DNA of 64,000 bases from Eubacteriales bacterium (GCA_037143795.1 JBAWXZ010000005.1:130527-194526), one strand, 5' to 3'; shown: positions 40,614-51,616, counted from the stretch's first letter. A program made the numbers and translations. The notes: generated from the letters alone by a model not told the origin.

Positions 40614-41612
40614 ATGTTTGTTGCAACAATTGATACGGGAACAACGAATACCAGGGTAACCATTTGGAAAGATGCAAGCCCTGAATACACGGCGCATCGT
40701 CCGGCCGGGGTCAGAATGACATCAATTAACCGAAGTAATAACGCGTTGGTTCAGGCAGTTCGCGAGGCTTTGGCAGAATCCGTTGCAAATGTTGGAATAA
40801 CCGAGGCGGATCTGAAAGCTATTCTGGCAAGCGGAATGATTACATCAGATTTAGGTATATTTGAAGTGCCGCATGTTGTTGCGCCTGTATCAGAAGCAGA
40901 CCTTGCCGGACAGATCGTCAAAGCTCTCATTCCGGAAGTCAGCGAATCATCCCCGATATATTTCATTCCCGGAATAAAAAATCGTGTGAATAATCTCTCC
41001 GCAGTAAATTGTGAGGAAATGGACATTATGCGGGGGGAAGAAACCGAAGCCTTCGGAATAATTGCCAGGGAATCCCTACAGGGTCCGGCAATACTGGTCC
41101 TGCCAGGTTCACATACGAAATTTATTTACTTCAATGCGCATAATCAGATTGAAGGCTGCATGACAACTTTGGCAGGAGAGATGCTGATGCAGCTGACCGA
41201 AGCGACTATTCTTACCGACTCGTTAAATGCGGAGTATGCGGAAGCCATAGATGAAAAATGGATTATCGACGGAGCTGAATCGGCAAAGAAAGTCGGGCTT
41301 AACAGGACAGCTTCCCTCATACGCATTCTTGACCTGTTTACTGATGCATCACTTAAACAAAGGGCGAATTTCCTGCTTGGAGCTGTTGTTCAGACAGATA
41401 TCACAGCACTTCTGAACAGCAGTATTTTTCATCTGAAGTGTGGAAGCCGCATTCTTGTTTGCTCAAATTCAGTATTTTCTGCAGCCATGTTTCATATTTT
41501 GAAGAATACTCCCGTACTTACAGGAAAGATCACACAGATCTCACCCGGAGCAGCACAGAATCTTGCGGGATACGGTGCTATTCATCTGGCACAAAAAGCG
41601 GGAATTATTTAA
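40614..41612 (+). CDS. 2-dehydro-3-deoxygalactonokinase-like sugar-acid kinase (DgoK family, ASKHA fold)
   Basis: N-terminal MFVATIDTGTTNTRVTIW (ASKHA phosphate-1 motif), with size and architecture as in DgoK. Confidence 0.65.
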   Translation: MFVATIDTGTTNTRVTIWKDASPEYTAHRPAGVRMTSINRSNNALVQAVREALAESVANVGITEADLKAILASGMITSDLGIFEVPHVVAPVSEADLAGQIVKALIPEVSESSPIYFIPGIKNRVNNLSAVNCEEMDIMRGEETEAFGIIARESLQGPAILVLPGSHTKFIYFNAHNQIEGCMTTLAGEMLMQLTEATILTDSLNAEYAEAIDEKWIIDGAESAKKVGLNRTASLIRILDLFTDASLKQRANFLLGAVVQTDITALLNSSIFHLKCGSRILVCSNSVFSAAMFHILKNTPVLTGKITQISPGAAQNLAGYGAIHLAQKAGII

Positions 41613-41634
41613 AGTTTAAAAGGAGGCTTTTCAA

Positions 41635-43140
41635 TTGGAAGAAGTATTACGTGTTGAAAATATCATAAAAGCCTTTCCCGGTGTACTCGCCGTGAACGAT
41701 GTCAGTTTTACGCTGAACAGGGGGGAGGTTATTGCCCTTCTTGGTGAAAATGGAGCCGGAAAATCGACTCTCACCAAAATAATCTGCGGTGCCCTGAAAC
41801 CTGATTCCGGCGAGATTTACGTCAACGGTGGGAAAGTAAGATTTGAATCAGCAAATGACGCCATGAAAAAAGGTATCGGAATGGTCTATCAGGAATTATC
41901 CATGGTAGGGAATATGACGGTTGCAGAGAATATTTTCATGAACAGACAGCCAGTCAACCGTCTTGGCAGTATTCGCTGGAATCAGCTTTATCAGGATACG
42001 GCACGACTGCTTGCCAAATTTAAAATTGAAATTAATCCGAAAACCCTTATGAAGAACCTTTCGGTGGGAACACAGCAGTTGATTGAAATCCTTAAAGCAA
42101 TTTCCATGAACCCGGGAATAATTATCCTGGATGAACCGACCAGCTCCTTGACGGAAACAGAAACGAAATTGATGTTTCAGACAATTCGAATGCTTAAGAC
42201 GGAAGGTCATTCCTTCATTTATATATCACATAAGCTATCTGAGATTTTTCAAATATCGGATCGGGTTATTGTAATGCGGGACGGGTGTTATGTTGGAGGA
42301 CGTACGACGAGCGATACGGACGAAAACGAAATCATCAAAATGATGGTCGGACGGGAAATTACGGATATATACGGACACCCGCAAAGCAAAGTGAACACTG
42401 CTGATGAATATAGCTTCGAGGTCAAAGATCTGTCAGCCGGTAATTTATATCATTCAATTTCCTTTGGTGTTAGAAAAGGTGAAATTCTGGGTGTTTCCGG
42501 TCTGATCGGCGCAGGGCGATCCGAACTTGCACTAGGTATTATCGGTGCGCATAAACGAGACAGCGGAAAAATCTTTCTTAACACAAGGGAATTGAAAATC
42601 AACTCTCCAAAGGATGCTAAAAAGAATAAAATCTCATATCTTACGGAAGACCGTAAAAAAATGGGGCTCTATCTGGGATTTTCAATAAAAAATAATATGG
42701 CCGCAACTCAATTGGAACGCCTGTCGTCCGGCTGGCGGCTGAATAATAGTCTGTTAAAGGCACACGCAATAAATGAAAGCAGGAAATATGCAATAGCCAC
42801 GCCCAGCGTGGAGCAGCTTGTCGGCAAGCTGTCAGGCGGCAATCAGCAGAAATGCCTGTTGTCCATGTGTCTTGCGGCCGAACCGGATGTTGTCATTTTC
42901 GATGAGCCGACCAGGGGTGTTGATGTCGGGGCAAAATCGGAAATCTATAAAATTATTCGAAACTATGCAGCCCTTGGCAAGTGCGTGATTCTGATTTCTT
43001 CAGAACTTCCGGAATTGCTTGGTGTGAGTGACAGGATTCTGGTTCTTTATCATGGACGGATTACAGGCGAAGTAAAAAAAGATGCATTTGACGAAGAATT
43101 AATTATGCAGTACGCAACGAATACAAAACAGGCGATATAA
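41635..43140 (+). CDS. Sugar ABC transporter ATP-binding protein (tandem ABC domains, RbsA/MglA-like)
   Basis: Two Walker A motifs (GENGAGKST; a second degenerate GLIGAGRSE), LSGGNQQK signatures, 501 aa. TTG start with an AGGAGG RBS. Confidence 0.85.
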   Translation: MEEVLRVENIIKAFPGVLAVNDVSFTLNRGEVIALLGENGAGKSTLTKIICGALKPDSGEIYVNGGKVRFESANDAMKKGIGMVYQELSMVGNMTVAENIFMNRQPVNRLGSIRWNQLYQDTARLLAKFKIEINPKTLMKNLSVGTQQLIEILKAISMNPGIIILDEPTSSLTETETKLMFQTIRMLKTEGHSFIYISHKLSEIFQISDRVIVMRDGCYVGGRTTSDTDENEIIKMMVGREITDIYGHPQSKVNTADEYSFEVKDLSAGNLYHSISFGVRKGEILGVSGLIGAGRSELALGIIGAHKRDSGKIFLNTRELKINSPKDAKKNKISYLTEDRKKMGLYLGFSIKNNMAATQLERLSSGWRLNNSLLKAHAINESRKYAIATPSVEQLVGKLSGGNQQKCLLSMCLAAEPDVVIFDEPTRGVDVGAKSEIYKIIRNYAALGKCVILISSELPELLGVSDRILVLYHGRITGEVKKDAFDEELIMQYATNTKQAI

Positions 43141-43150
43141 GGAGACATAT

Positions 43151-44125
43151 ATGAAAGGTTTCTACAGGCAAATGAAAGTGGCACTGGCCCAGCGGGAGTT
43201 GATTTTAACACTGGTTATTCTTGTACTGACAGGTGTTATTTCGCTGTTTTCAAAGTATTTCCTGACCTCGGCAAACATTCTTTCTATGTTCACTGCACTT
43301 ACCGTTGAAGGAATTATCGTAATCGGCATGACACTGCTCCTGATTATAGGAGGCCTTGATCTTTCGGTGGGTGCGGTTATGGCATTTACCGGAGTATTGA
43401 CTGCAATGATGATCAAATCCGGCATTCCGATTGCATTGTCTATAATATTGGCACTGCTTGCAGCGCTGGTGATCGGAGCAGTAAATGGCCTGCTGATTGC
43501 AAAAGCAAAGCTTAATTCATTCATAACGACGCTTGGCATGATGATGGCGGTAAAGGGCCTGATGCTGGTTCTTTCAAACGGAAAAGCGGTGCCGAATATG
43601 CCTGCAGGCTTCAAGATGATCGGTCAAAGCAGGATTCTCGGATTGCAGCTGCCGATTGTTATCATGATTATACTGGTTGTCGGCATGGATTTATTTGTCA
43701 GGAATTCACGTATTATGAGACGCAATTATTACGTCGGAAATAATGAACTGTCGGCAAAATTGAATGGTATTAATGTAAATGCAGTTAAAATTGCAACTTA
43801 TTGCCTTTCTGCCTTTTTTGCAGGAATCGCCGGTGTTCTGATAACCGCAAGATTCGGATCTGCATCCGTTACTTTAGGCGATAACACAGCTATGAACGTC
43901 ATTACGGCAGCCATCATCGGCGGCGCCAGCCTTAACGGCGGCCAGGGCACGATACTCGGTGCATTTTTAGGTGCAACGTTCATGCAGCTGATCTCAACAT
44001 CCCTTAATATGCTCGGTGTAAATATGTATTGGCAGAACTTTGCAACCGGCGCCATTCTGATCATTGCGATTTTGATAGATGCAATAAATGAAAGCAGAAA
44101 AGCCGGAAAAAAATCAATTTCCTGA
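43151..44125 (+). CDS. Sugar ABC transporter permease (RbsC/AraH-like)
   Basis: Polytopic with ~10 TM helices. Branched-chain/monosaccharide permease family features. Confidence 0.8.
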   Translation: MKGFYRQMKVALAQRELILTLVILVLTGVISLFSKYFLTSANILSMFTALTVEGIIVIGMTLLLIIGGLDLSVGAVMAFTGVLTAMMIKSGIPIALSIILALLAALVIGAVNGLLIAKAKLNSFITTLGMMMAVKGLMLVLSNGKAVPNMPAGFKMIGQSRILGLQLPIVIMIILVVGMDLFVRNSRIMRRNYYVGNNELSAKLNGINVNAVKIATYCLSAFFAGIAGVLITARFGSASVTLGDNTAMNVITAAIIGGASLNGGQGTILGAFLGATFMQLISTSLNMLGVNMYWQNFATGAILIIAILIDAINESRKAGKKSIS

Positions 44126-44138
44126 CAAGGGGGACAGA

Positions 44139-45194
44139 ATGAAAAAAACAATGAAAGCTTTCCGGGTAAACGCGCCGCTTCAGATGGACCTGGAAGAAAT
44201 ACCTTTTCCTTTGATCAACGATGAGGAAGTGCTTGTCAAAGTTAAAGCTGCAGGCATATGCACAACGGATATCGAGTTATATGACGGTTCAATGCCGTAT
44301 TACAAGCAGGGATTATCTAAAATGCCTATTACTATCGGACATGAATGGTCCGGAACCATCTCTCAGATCGGGAAAAATGTCAAAGGACTGCAGGTCGGGG
44401 ACCTGGTTGTCGGAGACATCAGTATAGGCTGCGGAAAGTGCCGTAACTGCTTAAGGGGCATGTATCATCTCTGTGATGATCGAACCGAGCTCGGGGTCAT
44501 AAGATATGACGGATGCATGGCGGAATACCTCAAGACTGAGGGTAAAAATATTTATAAAGTTCCGGAGGGCATCACTGCTGAAGAAGCCGCTCTCGTAGAA
44601 CCCGCAGCTACTGCATTATATGGTGTAAGAAAGACACATCTTGATCCGGGTGACAGGGTTGCCGTGTTCGGCGACGGTTCGATCGGGCTTCTGGCTGCAC
44701 AAATCGCTAACTGCAGCGGAGCCGGTAAGGTTGCCGTAGTAGCCAGAAAAGATCTGCACAGGGAATTGATTGAAAGTCTGGGTCTTACGCTTATCAACAG
44801 CAATGACGGGGACTTACATAAAATGATCGAAACCGCGCTCGGTGGTCCGGCTGACGTCGTATTTGAAGCAACCGGCAATGCAGAGGCATATAAAAGCGCA
44901 ATTTCAGTCGTTCGTCCGGGCGGCAAATTATGTGCAATGTCGATTACTGGTACACCTGAGATAGCAATTGACATGGATTATGTTGTAACCCGAGATATTA
45001 CTATTATTGGAATGCTGGCAAGTCCGAATTCATTTGCACAGACGCTTGCACTGATTGCTGCAGGAAAAATTAATGTTGCGGCATGTATTTCACATAGATT
45101 CCCATTTGAACAAACCGTAGAAGCGCTTGACTTTGTTCGCAGCAAGACGTCAAGAAACAGGATTAAGGTGGTTATCCTGCACGATCAGGCTTAA
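44139..45194 (+). CDS. Zinc-dependent alcohol/polyol dehydrogenase (MDR, sorbitol-dehydrogenase-like)
   Basis: GHEWSGTI (catalytic Zn) with structural-Zn Cys (CGKCRNCLRGMYHLC) and GDGSIGLLAAQIA Rossmann. ATG 44139 with an AAGGGGGA RBS (the ORF track starts upstream, overlapping the permease). Confidence 0.8.
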   Translation: MKKTMKAFRVNAPLQMDLEEIPFPLINDEEVLVKVKAAGICTTDIELYDGSMPYYKQGLSKMPITIGHEWSGTISQIGKNVKGLQVGDLVVGDISIGCGKCRNCLRGMYHLCDDRTELGVIRYDGCMAEYLKTEGKNIYKVPEGITAEEAALVEPAATALYGVRKTHLDPGDRVAVFGDGSIGLLAAQIANCSGAGKVAVVARKDLHRELIESLGLTLINSNDGDLHKMIETALGGPADVVFEATGNAEAYKSAISVVRPGGKLCAMSITGTPEIAIDMDYVVTRDITIIGMLASPNSFAQTLALIAAGKINVAACISHRFPFEQTVEALDFVRSKTSRNRIKVVILHDQA

Positions 45195-45259
45195 GGCACT
45201 GCAGTGCTTTAACGATATGGAAGAACACAAAAAATGGAGAAAAAAAAGGAGTCAGGACT

Positions 45260-46342
45260 ATGAAAAAATTAATTGCTATCGTTTTGATGCTCAGTCTCAG
45301 TTTTGCTTTGCTGACAGCCTGTGATACCTCAGCTGCCGGTACATCCGCTGCTTCGACCGATGTTTCTTCAAAAGCAGCCGCCCCGGCGGCAGCTGGAATG
45401 GCTGATGGAACACTGGGCGCAATGGTTGATCCTAATGATGAGTACATTGTTGTAAACTGCCTGAATAATATTGAGTATTTTAATGCACATAAGTACGGTT
45501 GGGAAATGGCCGGTAAGCTTTTTGGAGTGAAGACCAGCTGGGTAGGCCCGATGGACGATGATGTCAGCGCAATGGTCAGTGCCTTTGATTCCGCTGTTGC
45601 AAAAAAACCGGCAGGAATTGCGGTATGGGGATTTGACACGGCACTTCAGCCCAGCATTGATGCCGCTATGGCAGCCGGCATTCCCGTTGTTACTTTCGTC
45701 GGCGATATTAAGGACAGTCAAAGACTGTCATACGTTGGTTCATCACAGTATGATATCGGTTTCAACGGTGCAAAACTTTATGCTGAATCTATCGGAGGAA
45801 CTGGCAAAATTGCTATTATGACGCTTCCGGGAAATCAAATGTTTGAAGAACGCCAGAAGGGTTTTGAAGATGCTTTCGCTGAGTATCCCGGTATTACAAT
45901 TGCAGGCTACGGTGACACAAAAGCTGATACCGTAACGGCTGTCAGCGCAGCCAAGGATCTGCTTAACAGTAATCCGGATCTGGTTGGGTTTGTCTGTACG
46001 GACTCAACCGGGGCTATTGGTGCATCCACAGCAGTTGAGGAACTTGGCCTGAAAGGAAAAGTTGATATCCTTGGTATGGATCGAAATACGGATATTCTCC
46101 AGATGATCAAAGATGGTACGATTACGGCCTCTATCGTGCAGGATGATGTTTCGATGAGCTATTGGGCAATGCTCACCCTGATCAGTGCAAAGTACGTCAA
46201 TATTCCCCTGACATCCGATAATGCAGCAGCCGGGGCCAAGGTTTCACCTATCAACATCTATACCTCGGTCAATCTTGTCACAGCTGATAATGCTGATTAC
46301 TATCTCAAGGCCAATGAGCTATATGCTACAAATGGATTCTGA
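45260..46342 (+). CDS. Sugar ABC transporter substrate-binding lipoprotein
   Basis: Lipobox LLTAC plus an Ala/Ser/Thr-rich linker. Periplasmic-binding-protein type I fold. Confidence 0.8.
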   Translation: MKKLIAIVLMLSLSFALLTACDTSAAGTSAASTDVSSKAAAPAAAGMADGTLGAMVDPNDEYIVVNCLNNIEYFNAHKYGWEMAGKLFGVKTSWVGPMDDDVSAMVSAFDSAVAKKPAGIAVWGFDTALQPSIDAAMAAGIPVVTFVGDIKDSQRLSYVGSSQYDIGFNGAKLYAESIGGTGKIAIMTLPGNQMFEERQKGFEDAFAEYPGITIAGYGDTKADTVTAVSAAKDLLNSNPDLVGFVCTDSTGAIGASTAVEELGLKGKVDILGMDRNTDILQMIKDGTITASIVQDDVSMSYWAMLTLISAKYVNIPLTSDNAAAGAKVSPINIYTSVNLVTADNADYYLKANELYATNGF

Positions 46343-46370
46343 TAATAGAAACGGAAAGGAGCTGTTTGAT

Positions 46371-47138
46371 TTGAACAGTACCTCGGCGCGAACCTTACAA
46401 ATATTGAGTTTACTTAGTCAGGCTGATCAGCCTATGACGTTAACTCAAATCAGTGAAATGCTGAGCGCACCGGTAAGCAGCACCTGCAACATTATCAGCA
46501 CCATGCTGAAACTTGGATTTGTCAGGCTGAGTGACCCGAAGATGAAAACTTATACAATCGGAATTAAAGCATATGAAGCCGGGATTGCGTATATTAAAAA
46601 CACTAATTTTGTAGGCGTCGCAAAACCGTTTTTAGAAAAAATGTCCAGGGAATCAGAGACAACAACATTTCTGGGCGTTCAAAACGGTGCCCGGATCGTG
46701 TATCTGGACAAAGTTGAATCTTCCAAGTCAGTTCGTACAACAGCGGTCCTTGGTTCCTATAAGGGAATGTATTTTACCGGGCTGGGCAAAGCAATCCTCG
46801 CCAGTATGCCGGATAAAGCGGTTGAGGATATGTATTACGGATCCGTGTTCCAGGCATATACCGAAAACACGATCTGTGATATAGAGCGGTTAAAGGATGA
46901 CCTGCAGCAGACAAGGGAAAGGGGATATGCAATCGACGACCGCGAAGGCGAGATATCGCTATACTGCATTGCGGCTCCCGTCCGGAATCATGCAGGAAAA
47001 GTAATCGCAGCAGTGAGTATTGCCAGCTTTTATGACCTTCTGACGGAAGAAAGCCGTAAAAAGAACGCAGATATTCTGGTGAGCAATGCTGTTGAAATTT
47101 CAAGACTGCTTGGCTATTCAGGTACTTTGCTCTATTGA
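46371..47138 (+). CDS. IclR-family transcriptional regulator
   Basis: N-terminal wHTH (MTLTQISEMLSAPVSSTCNIISTMLKLGFV) and a C-terminal effector domain. Start uncertain: TTG 46371 with AAGGAG 10 nt upstream, or ATG 46332. Confidence 0.75.
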   Translation: MNSTSARTLQILSLLSQADQPMTLTQISEMLSAPVSSTCNIISTMLKLGFVRLSDPKMKTYTIGIKAYEAGIAYIKNTNFVGVAKPFLEKMSRESETTTFLGVQNGARIVYLDKVESSKSVRTTAVLGSYKGMYFTGLGKAILASMPDKAVEDMYYGSVFQAYTENTICDIERLKDDLQQTRERGYAIDDREGEISLYCIAAPVRNHAGKVIAAVSIASFYDLLTEESRKKNADILVSNAVEISRLLGYSGTLLY

Positions 47139-47266
47139 TTCCGCACGAGACCAACCAATCCCCTGATCTGTGTTTTTCATTTCAGATTGATTCGATACAT
47201 GAAAACAGAATACAATACAAGTAACGCAAATACGGCATCGATTCGTATATTCGAGAGGAGATTTTT

Positions 47267-47764
47267 ATGACATACCCAAGAGCGCTGTCCCATATTGGCT
47301 TATCTGTCCCCGATCTTGACAAGGCAGTTAAATTTTACACTGAGGTAATGGGCTGGTATATCATAATGACACCATCAGCCATTGAAAGAGATGATACCGA
47401 TATCGGAATTATGTGTGATGATGTCTTCGGAGACCAGTGGACGAAGTTTCGTATTGCCCATCTTTCGACAAGTAATGGTATTGGTGTGGAAATCTTTGAA
47501 TTCCCCAATAATATTCCTGTGGAACCTGAGTTCCGCTATTGGAAAACCGGTTTGTTTCATTTTTCCGTTCTGGATCCCGACCTGGAAGGCCTTGTCAAAA
47601 AAATTGTTGAGAATGGCGGCAAACAGCGTATGCCGGTCCGACATTACTATAATGGAGAGAAGCCTTACAGAATGTGCTACGTTGAAGATCCGTTCGGCAT
47701 TATCTTTGAAGTATATAGTCATAGTTATGAATTGACCTATTCATCCGGCGCCTATAACGACTAA
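47267..47764 (+). CDS. VOC-family protein (glyoxalase/bleomycin-resistance/dioxygenase fold)
   Basis: HIGLSVPDLDKAVKFYTEVMGW is the canonical VOC betaalphabetabetabeta start. Confidence 0.75.
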   Translation: MTYPRALSHIGLSVPDLDKAVKFYTEVMGWYIIMTPSAIERDDTDIGIMCDDVFGDQWTKFRIAHLSTSNGIGVEIFEFPNNIPVEPEFRYWKTGLFHFSVLDPDLEGLVKKIVENGGKQRMPVRHYYNGEKPYRMCYVEDPFGIIFEVYSHSYELTYSSGAYND

Positions 47765-47792
47765 AACGATTCAAAATTTGATCTGAGTTCTG

Positions 47793-47820
47793 CATCCCGG
47801 GCATTTCTATGCCCGGGATG
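47793..47820. terminator. Stem-loop (12-bp perfect stem) between the two transporter operons; possible terminator/attenuator
   Basis: CATCCCGGGCAT-ttct-ATGCCCGGGATG. No strong downstream T-tract. Confidence 0.4.
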
Positions 47821-47875
47821 ACGCAGACCGGGTATTCCTATGCCCTTTTAAGGGCAATATTTTGAGGTAACTTCT

Positions 47876-49390
47876 ATGGCATCTGAAGTTTTTTGGAAAA
47901 TTGATCACCTGTGTATGAGCTTCCCGGCAGTGAAAGCGCTTCAGGACATCTGTCTTGAAATCAATAAGGGTGAAATTCTTGGTCTGTTAGGTGAGAACGG
48001 AAGTGGAAAATCCACTTTGATAAAATGTCTTTCAGGTGTACACCAGCCGCAATCCGGGGAAATCATCATCAATGGCAAGCCGGTTAAAATATCCAACCCG
48101 CAGGAGGCTTGCCGGCTGGGTGTATCAACTGTATATCAGGAGTTTTCGCTCGTTCCTACTTTAAGTGTATATGAAAATGTTTTTCTCGGACAGCTGCACA
48201 TGAAAAAATCAGGGCTCGTTGACTGGCAGACTATGTACGGAAAAACCCGGGATATTCTGGATGCACTGGAGATTCATATCAGTCCATCCGCTATTGTAAG
48301 TACACTGTCGGTGGCTGAGCAGCAGCTTGTTGAAATTGCGAAGGGGTATAACACGTCCGGGAGCCTTTTCATCCTGGACGAGCCTACTACAGCGCTGTCC
48401 GAGCCGGAGGTAATCCGGCTGCATTCACTTCTTTCCAGTCTGAAAAAAGACGGGCATACAATCATCTACATATCACACCGGCTTGATGAGATGCTTACGA
48501 TCGTTGACCGGGTCGCGGTTCTGAAAAACGGTGTTCTTGCCGGCGTTATTCCCAAAGAACAATTATGTATTGACACAATTGTTCAACTGATGTCCGGCCG
48601 TGTTATTGCCGACCATTATCCAAAACAAAAAAATGCCCGGGATGAAGTGATTCTTAAAGTGGAAAATCTCAGGACAAAAAATGGTGTGAACGGTGTCAGC
48701 TTCGAAGTCAGGAAGGGTGAGGTTTTTGGCCTTGCAGGACTTTTAGGTTCAGGCCGTACGGAAATTGCACGGGCGCTGTTCGGCGTCGACAAATTATCAG
48801 ACGGGAGAATTATTTTCAAGGGTAAAGAGATCCATATCGATTCTCCCCAGAAGGCTATTGATTCCGGCCTGGCCTTTATAACGGAAAACAGAAAGACAGA
48901 CGGACTGTTTTTCAATTTTAACGGTATAAAAAATTCGACAACTGCAAAAATTAAAAAATTATTCCGCTCCCGGATTTTGAGGGTTATGGATCTTAAAAAA
49001 GAGAAAGAATCTTACCTCGAGAGCGTACGTAAATTGGAGATTGAGCCGCTTTCAGCAGTGAAGCTTGTCAGCTACCTTTCCGGTGGAAATCAGCAGAAAG
49101 TAGTTATCTCAAGATGGCTTTTTGCAGATGCTGACTTCTTCATTATGGACGAGCCGACACAGGGGATTGATGTAGGTGCCCGGCTTCAAGTCTATAACAT
49201 AATAAATGAACTTACTAAAATCGGAAAAAGCATCCTGCTGATTAGTTCGGATCATCTGGAACTGCTGTCAATGAGTGACAGGATTGCAACCATACGATCC
49301 GGAAAAATCACTCAGATTTCCAATGCACAGGATATGGATAAGAAATCCATTATGAGTGACGGACATTTACATGGAGAGGCAAAAATATGA
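47876..49390 (+). CDS. Sugar ABC transporter ATP-binding protein (tandem ABC domains)
   Basis: GENGSGKST Walker A, LSVAEQQLVEIAKG and LSGGNQQK signatures. 504 aa. Confidence 0.85.
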   Translation: MASEVFWKIDHLCMSFPAVKALQDICLEINKGEILGLLGENGSGKSTLIKCLSGVHQPQSGEIIINGKPVKISNPQEACRLGVSTVYQEFSLVPTLSVYENVFLGQLHMKKSGLVDWQTMYGKTRDILDALEIHISPSAIVSTLSVAEQQLVEIAKGYNTSGSLFILDEPTTALSEPEVIRLHSLLSSLKKDGHTIIYISHRLDEMLTIVDRVAVLKNGVLAGVIPKEQLCIDTIVQLMSGRVIADHYPKQKNARDEVILKVENLRTKNGVNGVSFEVRKGEVFGLAGLLGSGRTEIARALFGVDKLSDGRIIFKGKEIHIDSPQKAIDSGLAFITENRKTDGLFFNFNGIKNSTTAKIKKLFRSRILRVMDLKKEKESYLESVRKLEIEPLSAVKLVSYLSGGNQQKVVISRWLFADADFFIMDEPTQGIDVGARLQVYNIINELTKIGKSILLISSDHLELLSMSDRIATIRSGKITQISNAQDMDKKSIMSDGHLHGEAKI

Positions 49391-50382
49391 AACAGAAATC
49401 ACAAGCTAATTTGCTCGCGGACCAGAGCTTTATCGGGCCTCTTGCTGCCGCGGTTATAGTTGCCATTATTGTCGGATTCACTACGGATAAGTTCTGGGCC
49501 TTTAATAACCTGAACAATATTGCCCTGGCAGTCTCGATTACTGCACTGATAGCAATTGGTGCAACACTCGTAATATTTATTGGCGGCATCGATATTTCAT
49601 CGGGGTCCATGATTGCCCTGATAACTATGGCTATGGCAAATCTGATCAAGATGAACGGGTATCCCGTATGGACCGGAATTCTGCTTGCCATCGTGCTCGG
49701 AGGCGTTTTGGGTGCATGCAATGGTTTTCTCACAGCATATCTGCGTGTGCCCTCCTTTATTTCAACTTTGGCGGGTGCCAGTATTTTCAAAGGCTTTGCC
49801 TTTCTGCTGAACGGCGGCTCTCCGATCTTTTCTGTCGCACCTAACTTTGAATTTCTCTTTTACGGGAAATTATTCAATACAATACCCCTTCCATTTATTT
49901 ATGTAGCAGTATTTTATTTTATCTTTGCCGGTTTTATGAAGTATTCCAGACAGGGCCGTGAAATTTACGCAGTCGGCGGCAATGAAAGCGCTGCAAGACT
50001 ATCAGGAATAAATGTCAAGCGAGTCAAGCTTTTGACATTTGTGATCGCTGGAATCATGGCGGGATTTGCAGCTGTACTAATGGCCTCGCGTTTGAACTCA
50101 GGATCCCCAAATTACGGAGCCGGAATGGAGATGTCTGCAATTGCTGCTGCCGTTATCGGCGGAGCAAGCCTTGCCGGAGGCAGGGGGAGCATTATCAATA
50201 CGCTTCTTGGGGCGCTGACGATTGTCATTGTTCAAAACGGTCTCAATTTGAATGCTGTCAACACATCATTACAAAGTATTACACTTGGTTCCATTATTCT
50301 ATTTGCTGTTCTCCTTGATATGTGGAAAGTTGAATTTTCGCAAATTGCGAAAAAAGTTTTCAGAGCTCAAAAGCAACTTTAA
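49387..50382 (+). CDS. Sugar ABC transporter permease
   Basis: Polytopic RbsC-like. ATGA overlap with the upstream ATPase. Confidence 0.8.
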   Translation: MKQKSQANLLADQSFIGPLAAAVIVAIIVGFTTDKFWAFNNLNNIALAVSITALIAIGATLVIFIGGIDISSGSMIALITMAMANLIKMNGYPVWTGILLAIVLGGVLGACNGFLTAYLRVPSFISTLAGASIFKGFAFLLNGGSPIFSVAPNFEFLFYGKLFNTIPLPFIYVAVFYFIFAGFMKYSRQGREIYAVGGNESAARLSGINVKRVKLLTFVIAGIMAGFAAVLMASRLNSGSPNYGAGMEMSAIAAAVIGGASLAGGRGSIINTLLGALTIVIVQNGLNLNAVNTSLQSITLGSIILFAVLLDMWKVEFSQIAKKVFRAQKQL

Positions 50383-50464
50383 AGCAGCTTGATAAGCTCA
50401 TTCCAACACGGCTATATTTATGAATTGGTCATAAATATATAATTTAAAACGGAGGGAAAAAATC

Positions 50465-51616
50465 ATGAAAAAGATCAAGTTTCTCGCAGCGGTACTACTG
50501 AGCACAGTCTTCATCCTGTCGAACCTTGCCGGATGTTCAGCACAGACCGCAGCAACATCAGCAGAAAGTACAAAAGCACCCGCAGGTGTTACAACAGCCG
50601 CCCAGACAACGGATGCTGCAACAACAGCCGCCTCAACAACTGCTTCCATCCCTGGGATTACGTATGCCGGCCCTGTTGCAATTACAGCACAGGCGTCATT
50701 TGACAACCTGAAAAAAGACGGGAATTTTACAGTTATTTACATGCCGCCGGCCACTGAGTTCAATTATTACATGGCTATCGGTGCCGGTATTGAAGCACGG
50801 GCCAAGGAACTCGGAATCAGCTACTCCTTGCTTGCACCGCAGAGCGGAGCAGATATTAACGGACAGATGAGTATGCTGCAGGATGTAATCGGACGGGATG
50901 ACGTCAACATGATCATTCTTTCCACACATGATGAGAACGCTGCAGCCCCGCTTGTCAAGCAGGCTGTTGATAAGGGAATCGAGGTCATTATCGTAAACTC
51001 GGATATTCTGACTTTCCCGACACCGGTTCACGGCGTTGTAGGTTATGTACAGCGCAATGCGCAGAAAAGTATTGGAGAGTATGCTGTCAATCTCATGGCA
51101 GGTAAAGATGTTAAGGTTGGCATGATTCTTGGTCAGCCCGGATGGCACGCCACAGAGAGATCGGAAGGATTCCTTGAGGGAATAAAAGGAGCTTCGAATT
51201 TTGAAGTTGTTGCACAGCTTGACGGAAAATGGAATGTTGAGGGCGGTAACCAGGCTGCTACGGATATGCTCCAGGCGCATCCTGAAATCAATATGATCGT
51301 TGCCGGAAATGACTATGAAATTATGGGAGCACAGAAGGCCGCAGAAGCTTTAGGCCGGACCGATATCATTTTCCTTGGAAATGACGGCGATACTGCATGT
51401 CTTGAAGAAATCAATGACGGTACAATCACCGCGACTGCCAACACAACTCCTTTTGTAATGGGACAGATAGCCATTCAGGTTGCTGCTGACGGTTTGTCCG
51501 GGAAATTTACCGGAGGCTTTATTGAGACCCCCAGTGTTGTTACAGACAAAACAAATGCCATAGATTTTTTAAAGCTTCCTGACACACTCTTCCCTAAACC
51601 TTCGAAACAGTATTAA
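50465..51616 (+). CDS. Sugar ABC transporter substrate-binding lipoprotein
   Basis: Lipobox LAGC and a Thr/Ala-rich linker. PBP type I. Confidence 0.8.
   Translation: MKKIKFLAAVLLSTVFILSNLAGCSAQTAATSAESTKAPAGVTTAAQTTDAATTAASTTASIPGITYAGPVAITAQASFDNLKKDGNFTVIYMPPATEFNYYMAIGAGIEARAKELGISYSLLAPQSGADINGQMSMLQDVIGRDDVNMIILSTHDENAAAPLVKQAVDKGIEVIIVNSDILTFPTPVHGVVGYVQRNAQKSIGEYAVNLMAGKDVKVGMILGQPGWHATERSEGFLEGIKGASNFEVVAQLDGKWNVEGGNQAATDMLQAHPEINMIVAGNDYEIMGAQKAAEALGRTDIIFLGNDGDTACLEEINDGTITATANTTPFVMGQIAIQVAADGLSGKFTGGFIETPSVVTDKTNAIDFLKLPDTLFPKPSKQY

Noticed and set aside
45196-45207. Perfect 12-bp palindrome GCACTGCAGTGC after the ADH stop
   Set aside because: It is too short and loop-less to be a terminator, and contains a trivial PstI-type palindrome. 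It is no more than a weak candidate protein-binding site.
50526-50711. 61-aa PQQHQQ-rich ORF in an alternative frame
   Set aside because: It lies inside the solute-binding lipoprotein gene. It reflects the repetitive ACA/GCA codons of the Thr/Ala-rich lipoprotein linker read out of frame.
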